Positions 30,701 through 40,657 of a stretch of 64,000 bases of DNA are shown piece after piece. The notes beneath the pieces were generated by a model. The model made no database searches. It saw only the letters and a program-made list of their open reading frames with translations, and was not told the origin of the DNA. Position 1 is the stretch's first letter. Each line of letters starts with the position of its first letter. The stretch comes from Rhynchopus sp. YZ270_cl-10. Taxonomy: Eukaryota. The DNA is taken from NCBI GenBank assembly GCA_964035575.1, contig OZ037846.1, positions 1,116,001 through 1,180,000 on the forward strand, read 5' to 3'. The position numbers and the translations under genes are program-made.

Positions 30701-31848
30701 TCTTCCACGGCATCATCGGGTTTCTGTTCATGGCAGTCGGGACACTGCACGGTGTGATGTACATTGTGGACGGCGAGAACGCATTTGAATGGGGTGGTGG
30801 GCATGTGAACAACCTTGCAGGGACGCTTGCCATTATCTTCATGTTTGCGCTGTGTGTGACGTCCCTGCCACCTGTGCGCAGGGGTGCGTACCACTTCTTC
30901 CTGATGGCGCACTGGTGCTTCATTCCGTTGATCCTCATCTTCAGCATCATCCACGCCACATCCACGGTGCTGTTCCTGATCCCGGGAATAGTCTCCCTGA
31001 TTGCACAGAGGGTTGTGCGCAACTTCATCGTGCCCTACTACACAGTGGTGTCGAAGTGTGACACCCCTTCGCAGGCATACTCGAAGATGCATGTCGCTCC
31101 TGCAGTTCCGCCCACAAAAGAGCCGATGTTCAACTTCCACGACATCTTCCCAGGGATGTACATCAGGGTGCGTGTGAAGTCGCTGTCGAACATGCTGCAG
31201 TCGCACCCCTTCTCTGTGATGCGTGTGCACCCGGAGACACGTGGCTTTTCCATTGTTGTGAAGAACGTGGGGAAGGGAACGTCGACGGACAACATGATCC
31301 AAGACCTGCAGACAGGTTCGCTGCTGCGTGTGTCTGAGCCCTGCGGTGCTGCCTCGATGGACCTGCTCAGCTACGACAGAGTGCTGCTTGTTGGCGGTGG
31401 TGTGGGTGTGACACCGTTGATTGCTGCACTGAACTACTTGAAGACACGCAGCGTGTACCAGGAGATGTCAGTGAAGGGACAGAGAGTGCGCCACAGAGTG
31501 ACCCTTGTGTGGGCTGTGCGTGACGTCGAGCTTCTTGAGCTCCTTGCAGACGAGCTGATCTCGTGCATCAATGCCATGTCCGACCTGGACCTGCAGATCA
31601 ACTACACAGGGGTTGTGAACAGAAACCACAACGTGTTTGGGGTGCTTGGCAGCAAAATCAAGTACGGGAGGCCTGCAATGGAGAAGGTTCTGAATGGTTT
31701 TGGTGACCCAAAGTGGTTCAAGAGTTTGGCAGTTTTCACCTGCGGTCCACATGCACTGACTGGTGGGGCGAAGAAGGCTGTGTCAGCGTATGCAGGTCAG
31801 TACCCCTGGATGAAGGCTGACGTTCACAACGAAACCTTTGAGATGTAG
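27790..31848 (+). CDS. Five-DOMON ferric-reductase/NOX-family flavocytochrome (copy A)
   Basis: Signal peptide; five DOMON-like domains (WCSVAFGSSMSDAD, YGSIGF...M, WCSIGFGASMSDAD x2, WCAFGFGTSMADAD, each with a downstream IWG/WA...H) joined by Pro/Thr linkers; two H-x13-H transmembrane pairs; HPFS (FAD), GGGVGVTP and CGP...HNETF (NAD(P)H). Start placed after the CA-rich acceptor AG at 27780; ATG 27802 is an alternative. Confidence 0.88.
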   Translation: MHTNMVLPFLAIFMASVLPVSGFVQSFTPTSEMTFEWSLSSDGNTMSISLICDFDKWCSVAFGSSMSDADTITCSTTTPGSCEDAHSTGLFQPPRDAVQNLNSITSTTSNGKTTYTMTRLMNTGDSVDRVLVLGTTPIIWGIGPNLDIRTTHTKKSGATILLTINEPPATPPPSNSVWVRGCGGARILSENEMTIDYEMGSLGADEAVQFTVAITGTYNYGSIGFRTTGDEMQNYDILAWDLSQDNIVDYNIMTVPEAAPSGVDGQQDGVFVSRTGRTVVFRRRLSTGDAHDYVLQSGRQFELGWAVGYGSPNDGTWTEHPEADDADVTLNACPPTPSPPVTSAPTASPPTPMPPTPPAPGQSGTGATPGSQFFRPNQDMSFEWSMSTDGTTLLMTLDCISTKWCSIGFGASMSDADTITCSTTTPGSCEDAHSTGLFQPPRDAVQNLNNVNAVTANGRTVFTMTRLMNTGDSVDKVLVQGTAPLIWGVGVGEDIRLTHATKGATTILLSTNVAPATPAPPTAATQPAPAPSPPTPMPPTPPAPGQSGTGAAPGSQFFRPNQDMSFEWSMSTDGTTLLMTLDCISTKWCSIGFGASMSDADTITCSTTTPGSCEDAHSTGLFQPPRDAVQNLNNVNAVTANGRTVFTMTRLMNTGDSVDKVLVQGTAPLIWGVGVGEDIRLTHATKGATTILLSTNVAPATPAPPTPAPVVGQAGPTYSVVFAPEYSMTWSIAGDVITYVFTCSPGLWCAFGFGTSMADADTYTCSQSSCFDGHCSGYVVQVQDVLNDVLSYSIVGATDYTFSRKVDTMDAVDTVIVNQMQDVIWAYGPYTAGNLDTHEAGGSFGSLQINFFTGASASVGTNKLVYLILMFVLLLLPAMFVPLTKLCCRNAFEAPRFLGRMMVKGVGVYVVGVMWAGAAVCLYYANEDRLVWYKSLGHVAQLLLGMSFSMPSGRQSWIWICFGMPHEKVVFFHGIIGFLFMAVGTLHGVMYIVDGENAFEWGGGHVNNLAGTLAIIFMFALCVTSLPPVRRGAYHFFLMAHWCFIPLILIFSIIHATSTVLFLIPGIVSLIAQRVVRNFIVPYYTVVSKCDTPSQAYSKMHVAPAVPPTKEPMFNFHDIFPGMYIRVRVKSLSNMLQSHPFSVMRVHPETRGFSIVVKNVGKGTSTDNMIQDLQTGSLLRVSEPCGAASMDLLSYDRVLLVGGGVGVTPLIAALNYLKTRSVYQEMSVKGQRVRHRVTLVWAVRDVELLELLADELISCINAMSDLDLQINYTGVVNRNHNVFGVLGSKIKYGRPAMEKVLNGFGDPKWFKSLAVFTCGPHALTGGAKKAVSAYAGQYPWMKADVHNETFEM
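28831..29903 (+). repeat. Intragenic tandem duplication, 552-bp period (linker + DOMON)
   Basis: Units starting at 28831 and 29383 are nearly identical. Confidence 0.95.
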
Positions 31849-32735
31849 GTGACGGTGCTGTGCACACTTTCCTGAGCATTTACTTAAATTAGACAACCCA
31901 CCCCACACCCTCTCTTGAACTTCTGCATGCCTCCCACCACATATTTATCATTTCCTTTTCACATCCTTGACAAGTAGTGTACCTACGTAGGCGTTTACCT
32001 GAAGTGTGGATACAAAGTTAATCTGCCCTGAGTTGCATTCGACTCCACTGCACCACGAGGAAGGGAAGGTGGAGAGAGTTTTGCCTGATGCTTTTTCTTT
32101 ATTCAGTGCGTGAGTGCGCGAGTCTTTGCAACGAAGGTAGCGTCTGAACAGAGCAAACTAACATAGAACGTCGTTGGCACAGTGATTGTGGATACTTCGA
32201 GAGGAAAGAAATGCAACGATTCCCCCACCTTTGTCAAATGTTTTCTGTTCTTCCTGAATTGAAAATATGTGAATCTAATATTCTTTTCTTTCCCCCTTTG
32301 TATTCACTTGCACACTGTGTTAACACTTTCCCCCCATGGTCCCACTGATGACTGTATTATGATGGACAATTACCACAACAATACGGCCACCACTGTCTGG
32401 TCCGCTCCTTCCCTCTCTTTATTTCGACCACTCTTACACTACTTTCCGCATCCGGTTTCCTGTGGGAAACTTCAAATCGATTGATTTGATGTGGCTACAA
32501 CACGCCACCCTGCAGGATAATGAACTCCTACCGTCCTAACGAGGTTGTTTGGTTGGCTATTTCAACCTTTCTCCATTTCCCCCTCTTTTTTTTCTTCTTT
32601 TCCCCATTTGTGTTGCTTGCACCCGAACACTATCCTGTGAAGATGTCGTACAAGGAAATCTTTGTCTTTGCGAATTCGAGCTGCTCTCACCACCAACCCC
32701 TTTCAAAATTACGCTTTTTTTTTTGTTTTTAAATT

Positions 32736-33175
32736 CATAGGTTTCGGACGCGCGTTCGCGTTTTCTGGGCGTTTTCGAGTGCGCGTTTGAAAAACGAAAA
32801 AAAAAACGCGCGTTCGGAAAAAACGAAAAAAAAACGCGCGTTTGAAAAACGAAAAAAAACGCGCGTTCGGAAAAAACGAGAAAAAAAACGCGCGTTTGAA
32901 AAACGAAAAAAAAAAACGCGCATTCGAAAAAGTGGAAGCCTCATGTTTACATGGGGAGGTTTTTCGAACGCGCGTCGAAAAAGTGGTTTTTTCGAACGCG
33001 CGTTCGAAAAAACCACTTTTTCGAACGCGCGTTTGAAAAAAAAAAAAAAAACGCCCTTTTTTTTTTTACGCGCGTCCGGCTTTTCAAACGCGCGTTTTTT
33101 TTTTTTTTCATGTGCGCGTTTTCCGATTTTGGATTTGCGCGTTTTCGATTTTCGAACGCGCGTTCGAAACCTATG
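32736..33175. mobile_element. Foldback MITE built of AACGCGCGTTCGAAAA repeats, 5-bp TSD
   Basis: TIR CATAGGTTTCG.ACGCGCGTTCG / CGAACGCGCGTTCGAAACCTATG; AAATT on both sides. Confidence 0.88.
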
Positions 33176-35327
33176 AAATTTACGCAAAAATGTGTTTTAG
33201 AAAACGGTCAAGAAGCAACTGTCCTGCTTTGATAACTCTTTGTATCCCCTATTTGAAAGAACATGTATGTTTTTTTTTTTTTTTGGGATGTGTGTGCACC
33301 CGAGCTTTCACATTTCCTTTTATTTCTTCCACAATGTGCTTTTCTTGTCTTTGATTGGAAAGAAAATGTAAAATTGTTTTTCCACGATACCAACAGTTCC
33401 ATCACCATGCATAGGCAGCAACGTAGTATATAGCATGCTTGTAGGTGTGAATGCTTAGTATTGTTGTTAGAAAAAAAACTCTGTTCTTCGAAAAAAAAAA
33501 ATGTGGCGGATATGTGATTCAGCGCACTGTTTTTCTTTTTTTGTTTTATTTTGACATCGATGGTGTGGCTGAAACCAGCTATTATGCCTCCACGGTAGAA
33601 GTACACAATAGTGTACATTTTGTTTTTTTGTGCTCAACCACATCAATCGAGTCAACGTCATTTAAAAGAAAAATAGTTGCGTTCGATGGGAAAGAAAACA
33701 ACTGTTCTCATTTTCCTCAAATGAAGTTATCAAATTTGGTACAACAAAATGCTGCGTATTCTCTGATTTCTATGACATTGTTTTGCTGTCTGTTTTGTTT
33801 TTTTATACCTCTTCCCTTTTCCCCCCTTTTTCGTATGGGTGACTAAGCACGACAGGCTTAGGTGCATCTTCTTTATTTTAATTGGGACCGCAAAAATGTC
33901 ATTTTTCATTTTTGAATGAAACATTACCACAATGTAGATTGTACGGCGATGAGTGTAATTGTTTCGTTGTGTCCTTAGTTGTCTGGTGGTGCCTTTCTTT
34001 TTGTCAAAATTCCGGTATTCATTTTGTTTGGTGCTACGAGTCATGTATCTGACATATAAACACCAACAAAAAGAATTACCTCCCCCCCTTTCCCGTGCTT
34101 TACGTGACATCTGGCTGCAGATGGTGTACGGTTCTTCGTCACAGAGCCGCTCCGGTACACCGCTTTTGTTTTATTTTCTTGAGAAGCCTTCTGATTACCT
34201 TTAGAAGGATAGGCCAGCGTGCAGGGGTGGGGCGCGTGCACGATGTAGGGTACCTTGTTGTGCTTGCTTCTGGTGAGTCTGCTCATTTGTTTGCATGCCC
34301 AATGCTGTATCAGTGTTTTCTTTTTCAAGTGTGTTTTTCCTTCAACAATTAGACGAGAGATCCCCGATGGACCAACTCCATCTTTCTCAGGGAAAAAAGA
34401 TGCCTCGATCATCTTTCATTACAGCAAGGTAGTAAGGTTTAGGTTCTGACCACCTTTTTATTGCTGGACTGACGAGGGGCAGGAGACCACAAGACATGTC
34501 ACCAGAAAAAGCCACAACTAACGAAAGAGAGAGAGTGTGTGTGTTTTATTGTCGGGATGTCTTATTGTGTGCACCCTCGTTACCCAGTCGATGTATTGTC
34601 TTTCTTTGTCCTTTGTGCCCTGTGGGGATCATTTCATTTCTCAAGTTCCTTTTTTTTTGGTAAATTTTCAAATGTTTTCTGTTCTCTCCTGAATTGAAAG
34701 TATATGAAGTTATCTCACCTCTTTTCTACCCTTCCCACAGTTTCTCCCCGCCACCAGGAGAGGGACTTTGTTCAGTTCAATTTCACTACGGACCCTACAT
34801 CGAACAGGCCTAATTACCCTTCCCTGTGCCTCCAATGATCCCCGTTCATCTGACTGATGAGAGGAAGCGGGAGTAGGGCATATCAGATAGTAACCATTTT
34901 TTTTTCCAGCGTTTTTTGGTGACATGCCTGAATACAGATTAAATTTCTACATGTTTTCGCGTCCCCTTCCTTACCGGCACCAGCTCAGCACGGATGATTG
35001 TGTCGGCAGCGGCACCAGCAGACCCTCCTTCTGTGCCTTCTCCACCCCTTCCTCCTCCATGCATTTGTCGAACAACTGACACACCGGACTGCACACCCCT
35101 GCCACGCTCCTTGGAGCAGGGATGCGGAGATGGGTCGCAGCGAGAAAGGGCTCTTTTCTTCTTCCTTCACATCGTCGTCCGTGCCGTCAGGACCCGCCAC
35201 GTTCACCTCGGGAGATGAGTGGAGGCCCCCTTCCTCTGACACCCGCCCAAAGCCCGCCTCCCACATTGCCTGATAGGCAGGGGGGACGAACAGCGCGATA
35301 CGGCGATCCGCGATCCCGTCTGAGGCG

Positions 35328-35777
35328 TCAGGTGCCGTGCCTGCAAAGCGATTCGCACGCTTTGCGAGAGACCCCTGCTGCGGGAGCAGGGGCGGCGTCC
35401 CTCGGCGCGTGACGCTGAAAGTTTTCCATGCATTTCCGCACTTCGTCAGGAACATTAATATCATCGTAGTGGTGGGGGTGGAGTAGAGTGGCTTTTGGTT
35501 TGACAGCTGGAGTGTGCGTGAAAGTGTTTCTACTTAGTTCTAATACCAATAAATCACAGCCCTGCAGAGTAGACCCTGTGGCCAGTGTAAGCTTGTCTCC
35601 GTGCACGGTGTTCCTGCACATGTTGTCGCAGTACTGGGCAAAAGTAGATGGATCTTCCGAACCCGACTCTGCACAGTACGTCTTTTTGATGTCATCGTTG
35701 TTGCGCAGCTCGGCTACGATCGTGTCCCGCAGCTGTGCCCCGTCCCCAGTTCCAGCCGTTGCCATTGCGGTGAACTG
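35328..35777 (-). pseudogene. OTU-like cysteine protease fragment
   Basis: QFTAMA...LRDTIVAELRNN...FAQYCDNM...HGDKLTLATGSTLQGCDLLV...HHYD follows the OTU pattern; truncated at the catalytic-Cys position by the junction with the reductase unit. Confidence 0.6.
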
Positions 35778-35883
35778 TCACCGACAGCGCATGAACAAGA
35801 CTGAACGGCTGTTATTGTCTTCAAGACTCCTCCCCCCCCCTCACAACACCCTCACACCTCACACACCATTGCAGGAATTTCCT

Positions 35884-37936
35884 ATGCATACCAACATGGT
35901 GCTGCCGCTTCTTGCTATTTTTATGGCATCAGTTCTTCCAGTGTCAGGATCAGTTGCACCTGCAACACCAGCGCCTCCGACACCCGCACCCGTTGTTGGG
36001 CAGGCTGAACCGACATACTCAGTTGTGTTTGCACCTGAGTACAGCATGACATGGAACATTACAGGCGACATCATCACGTACGTCTTTACATGCAGTCCGG
36101 GTCTGTGGTGTGCCTTTGGGTTTGGGACGAGCATGGCGGATGCGGACACTTACACATGCTCGCAGTCATCGTGCTTTGATGGTCACTGCTCTGGGCAGGT
36201 TGTTCAGGTGCAGGACGTGCTGAACGACGTGCTTTCGTACAGCATCGTGGGTGCGACAGACTACACGTTCTCGCGCAAGGTGGACACAATGGACGCTGTC
36301 GACACTGTCATCGTGAACCAAATGCAGGACGTGATCTGGGCGTACGGGCCGTACACAGCTGGCAACCTGGACACACACGAGGCTGGCGGAAGCTACGGGA
36401 GCTTGCAGATCAACTTTTTCACTGGTGCCTCAGCTTCGGTGGGGACTAAGAACAAGCTGGTGTACCTGATCCTCATGTTTGTGCTGCTGTTGCTGCCTGC
36501 GATGTTCGTGCCACTGACAAAGCTGTGCTGCCGCAATGCGTTTGAGGCACCACGTTTCCTGGGAAGGATGATGGTGAAGGGAGTGGGTGTCTACGTGGTG
36601 GGAGTGATGTGGGCAGGTGCGGCAGTGTGCTTCTACTACGCGAACGAGGACAGGCTGGTGTGGTACAAGTCCCTCGGCCACGTTGCGCAGCTGCTCCTGG
36701 GCATGAGCTTCTCGATGCCGTCTGGGAGGCAGAGCTGGATCTGGATCTGCTTTGGGATGCCTCACGAGAAGGTTGTGTTCTTCCACGGCATCATCGGGTT
36801 TCTGTTCATGGCAGTCGGGACACTGCACGGTGTGATGTAGTGTGATGTACATTGTGGACGGCGAGAACGCATTTACATGGGGTGGTGGACATGTGAACAA
36901 CCTTGCAGGGACGCTTGCCATTATCTTCATGTTTGCGCTGTGTGTGACGTCCCTGCCGCCTGTGCGCAGGGGTGCGTACCACTTCTTCCTGATGGCGCAC
37001 TGGTGCTTCATTCCGTTGATCCTCATCTTCAGCATCATCCACGCCACATCCACGGTGCTGTTCCTGATCCCGGGAATAGTCTCCCTGATTGCACAGAGGG
37101 TTGTGCGCAACTTCATCGTGCCCTACTACACAGTGGTGTCGAAGTGTGACACCCCTTCGCAGGCGTACTCGAAGATGCATGTCGCTCCTGCAGTTCCGCC
37201 CACAAGAGAGCCGATGTTCAACTTCCACGACATCTTCCCAGGGATGTACATCAGGGTGCGTGTGAAGTCGCTGTCGAACATGCTGCAGTCGCACCCCTTC
37301 TCTGTGATGCGTGTGCACCCGGAGACACGTGGCTTTTCCATTGTTGTGAAGAACGTGGGGAAGGGAACGTCGACGGACAACATGATCCAAGACCTGCAGA
37401 CAGGTTCGCTGCTGCGTGTGTCTGAGCCCTGCGGTGCTGCCTCGATGGACCTGCTCAACTACGACAGAGTGCTGCTTGTTGGCGGTGGTGTGGGTGTGAC
37501 ACCGTTGATTGCTGCACTGAACTACCTGAAGACACGCAGCGTGTACCAGGAGATGTCAGTGAAGGGACAGAGAGTGCGCCACAGAGTGACCCTTGTGTGG
37601 GCTGTGCGTGACGTCGAGCTTCTTGAGCTCCTTGCAGACGAGCTGATCTCGTGCATCAATGCCATGTCCGACCTGGACCTGCAGATCAACTACACAGGGG
37701 TTGTGAACGGAAACCACAACGTGTTTGGGGTGCTCGGCAGCAAAATCAAGTACGGGAGGCCTGCAATGGAGAAGGTTCTGGAAGGGTTTGGTGACCCAAA
37801 GTGGTTCAAGAGTTTGGCAGTTTTCACCTGCGGTCCACATGCACTGACTGGTGGGGCGAAGAAGGCTGTGTCAGCGTATGCAGGTCAGTACCCCTGGATG
37901 AAGGCTGACGTTCACAACGAAACCTTTGAGATGTAG
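35884..37936 (+). pseudogene. Single-DOMON ferric reductase copy B, frameshifted
   Basis: A 10-bp tandem duplication GTGTGATGTA (36830-36849) creates TAG at 36838-36840 and shifts the frame; otherwise nearly identical to copies C-E. Confidence 0.85.
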
Positions 37937-40657
37937 GTGACGGTGCTGTGCACACTTTCCTGAGCATTTACTTAAATTAGACAACCCACCCCACACCCTC
38001 TCTTGAACTTCTGCATGCCTCCCACCACATATTTATCATTTCCTTTTCACATCCTTGACAAGTAGTGTACCTACGTAGGCGTTTACCTGAAGTGTGGATA
38101 CAAAGTTAATCTGCCCTGAGTTGCATTCGACTCCACTGCACCACGAGGAAGGGAAGGTGGAGAGAGTTTTGCCTGATGATTTCTTTTTCCAGTTCGTGAG
38201 TGCGCGAGTCTTTCTCAAGAAGGTAGCGTCTGAACAGAGCAAACTAACATAGAACGTCGTTGGCACAGTGATTGTGGATACTTCGAGGGGAAAGAAATGC
38301 AACGATTCCCCCACCTTTGTCAAATGTTTTCTGTTCTTCCTGAATTGAAAATATGTGAATCTAATGTTCTTTTCCCTTTGTATTCACCTGCACACTGTGA
38401 TAACGTAAAAATGTGTTTTAGAAAACGGTCCAGAAGCAACTGTCTAGCTTTGTTAACTCTTTGTATCCCCTTTGGAAGAACATGCATGATTTTTTTCTCC
38501 CACAATGTGCTTTCTCATCTTTGATTGGAAAGTATATGAAACTAGTTACGTTCGATGGGAAAGAAAACAACTGTTCTCATTTCCTCAAATGAAGTTATCA
38601 AATTTGGTACAAAAAATGCTGCATATTCTCTGATTTCTATTACATTGTTTTGCTGTCTGTTTTGTTTTTTTTCCCCCTCTTCCCCTTTCCCCCCTTTTCG
38701 GTTAAGGTGACTTAGCACGACAGGCTTAGGTTCATCTTAAAAACTTTGCTTTATTTTAATTGTGACCGCAAAAACGTCATTTTTCATTTTTGAATGAAAC
38801 ATTACCACAATGGAGATTGTGCGGCGATGAGTGTAATAGTTTCGTTGTGTCCTTGGTTGTCCGGTATTCATTTTGTTTGGTGCTACGAGTCATGTATCTG
38901 ACATATAAACGCCAACAAAAAGAATTACCTCCCCCCCTTTCCCGTGCTTTACGTGACATCTGGCTGCAGATGGTGTACGGTTCTTCGTCACAGAGCCGCT
39001 CCGGTACACCGCTTTTATTTTATTTCCTTTTTCTTTGGTTTTTTTTGTTCAGCTTCGTGAGTCTGCTCATTTGTTTGCATGCCCAATGCTGTATCAGTGT
39101 TTTCTTTTTCAAGTGTGTTTTTCCTTCAACAATTAGACGAGAGATCCCCGATGGACCAACTCCATCTTTCTCAGGGGAAAAAGATGTTTCGATCATCTTT
39201 CATTACAGTAAGGTTTAGGTTCTGACCACCTTTTTATTGCTGGACTGACGAGGGGCAGGAGACCACAAGACAATGTCACCAGAAAAAGCCACAACTAACG
39301 AGAGAGAGTGTGTGTGTGTTTTATCGTCGGGATGTCTTATTATGTGCACTATCGCGCGCCTCGTTACCCAGTCGATGTATTGTCTTTCTTTGTCCTTTGT
39401 GCCTGTGGGGATCACTTCATTTCTCAAGTTCCTTTTTTTGATAATTTTTCAAATGTTTTCTGTTCTCTCCTGAATTGAAAGTATATGAAGTTATCTCACC
39501 TCTTTTCTTCTTCCCCTTCCTCCCCAATTGCTGCAATAAGGCGTTGTACATGTTTTCATGAACCCTCAGGACAAAAGGGTTGGGCGAGGTGCCCCAAAAG
39601 TGCCCAAAAATACCCGCCTTTTTTCTCTTTTTTTCCCCCCAAAAAAAAAAATCCAGAATTATGCGATGTCGCATAATTCGGCCTGAGTAGCTATTTCTCT
39701 GATGTGACATGCCATGAATGATAACAGATTGAAATTTTCTACTTTCAGTTTTTGCGTCCCCCTCCTTACTTTGGCAGTAGCTCAGCACGGATGATGGGAA
39801 TTAGTTGCGCCCGATCTGGAGCGTCGAGAGCAGCCCACTTAGCACTGTCCCTCTTCAACTTTTTCGACACCACCCCTGACGATTGTGTCGGCAGCGGCAC
39901 CAGCAGACCCTCCTTCTGTGACTTCTCCACCCCTTCCTCCTCCATGCATTTGTCGAACAACTGCCACACCGGACTGCACACCCTTACCACGCTCCTTGGA
40001 GCAGGGATGCGGAGATGGGGCGCAGCGAGAAAGGGCTCCTTTCTTCCTTCACATCATCGTCCGTGCCGTCAGGCCCCGCCACGTTCACCTCGGGAGATGA
40101 GTGGAGGCCCCTTCCTCTGACACCCGCCCAAAGTCCGCCTCCCATTGCCTGATTGGGGGGACGAACAGCGCGATACCGCGATCCGCGATCCCGTCCGGCG
40201 CCGTGCGCGTCTGGGACTTGCATTGTTTGCGGGCGGTCGCAACCTCCAACTCCTGCAGGTCCCCGAAGCACTCCCACGCCATACTGACTATCTCCCCAGT
40301 CATTTGCAGCTTATTGAATTTCGTTGTCAGGGAGTGGGGTGCCCCCCCGCTTCCCAGCCTTCGCTTATGCCTGAATGCGTGAAGGAGAACTCCTTCTTCG
40401 GGTAGTTCAGGAATTCTACCAACGTGTTGTGGAAAAGACATCGTTCTGTGGGGAAGAGGGGTAAGTTGGTAGTGAAGCAAGATATTTTCTGCAATGAAAT
40501 ACAGAAGCTGTAGGTTTAGAAATTGTTGGTGATGTAAGGACTTTTTTTTGTTGTGTACCGAGAGCGCATGAACAAGACTGAACGGCTGTTCTTATCAAGA
40601 CTCCTCCCCTCCCCTCACAACACCCTCACACCTCACACACCATTGCAGGAATTTCCT

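Noticed and set aside
32025..32055. tRNA-like 3' end (TTCGACTCC...CACCA) in the reductase 3' regions
   Set aside because: No proper T-stem, D-arm or acceptor pairing could be built.
35778..35780. TGA at the OTU catalytic-Cys position as selenocysteine
   Set aside because: It coincides with the junction to the reductase unit, so it is most likely a chimeric codon.
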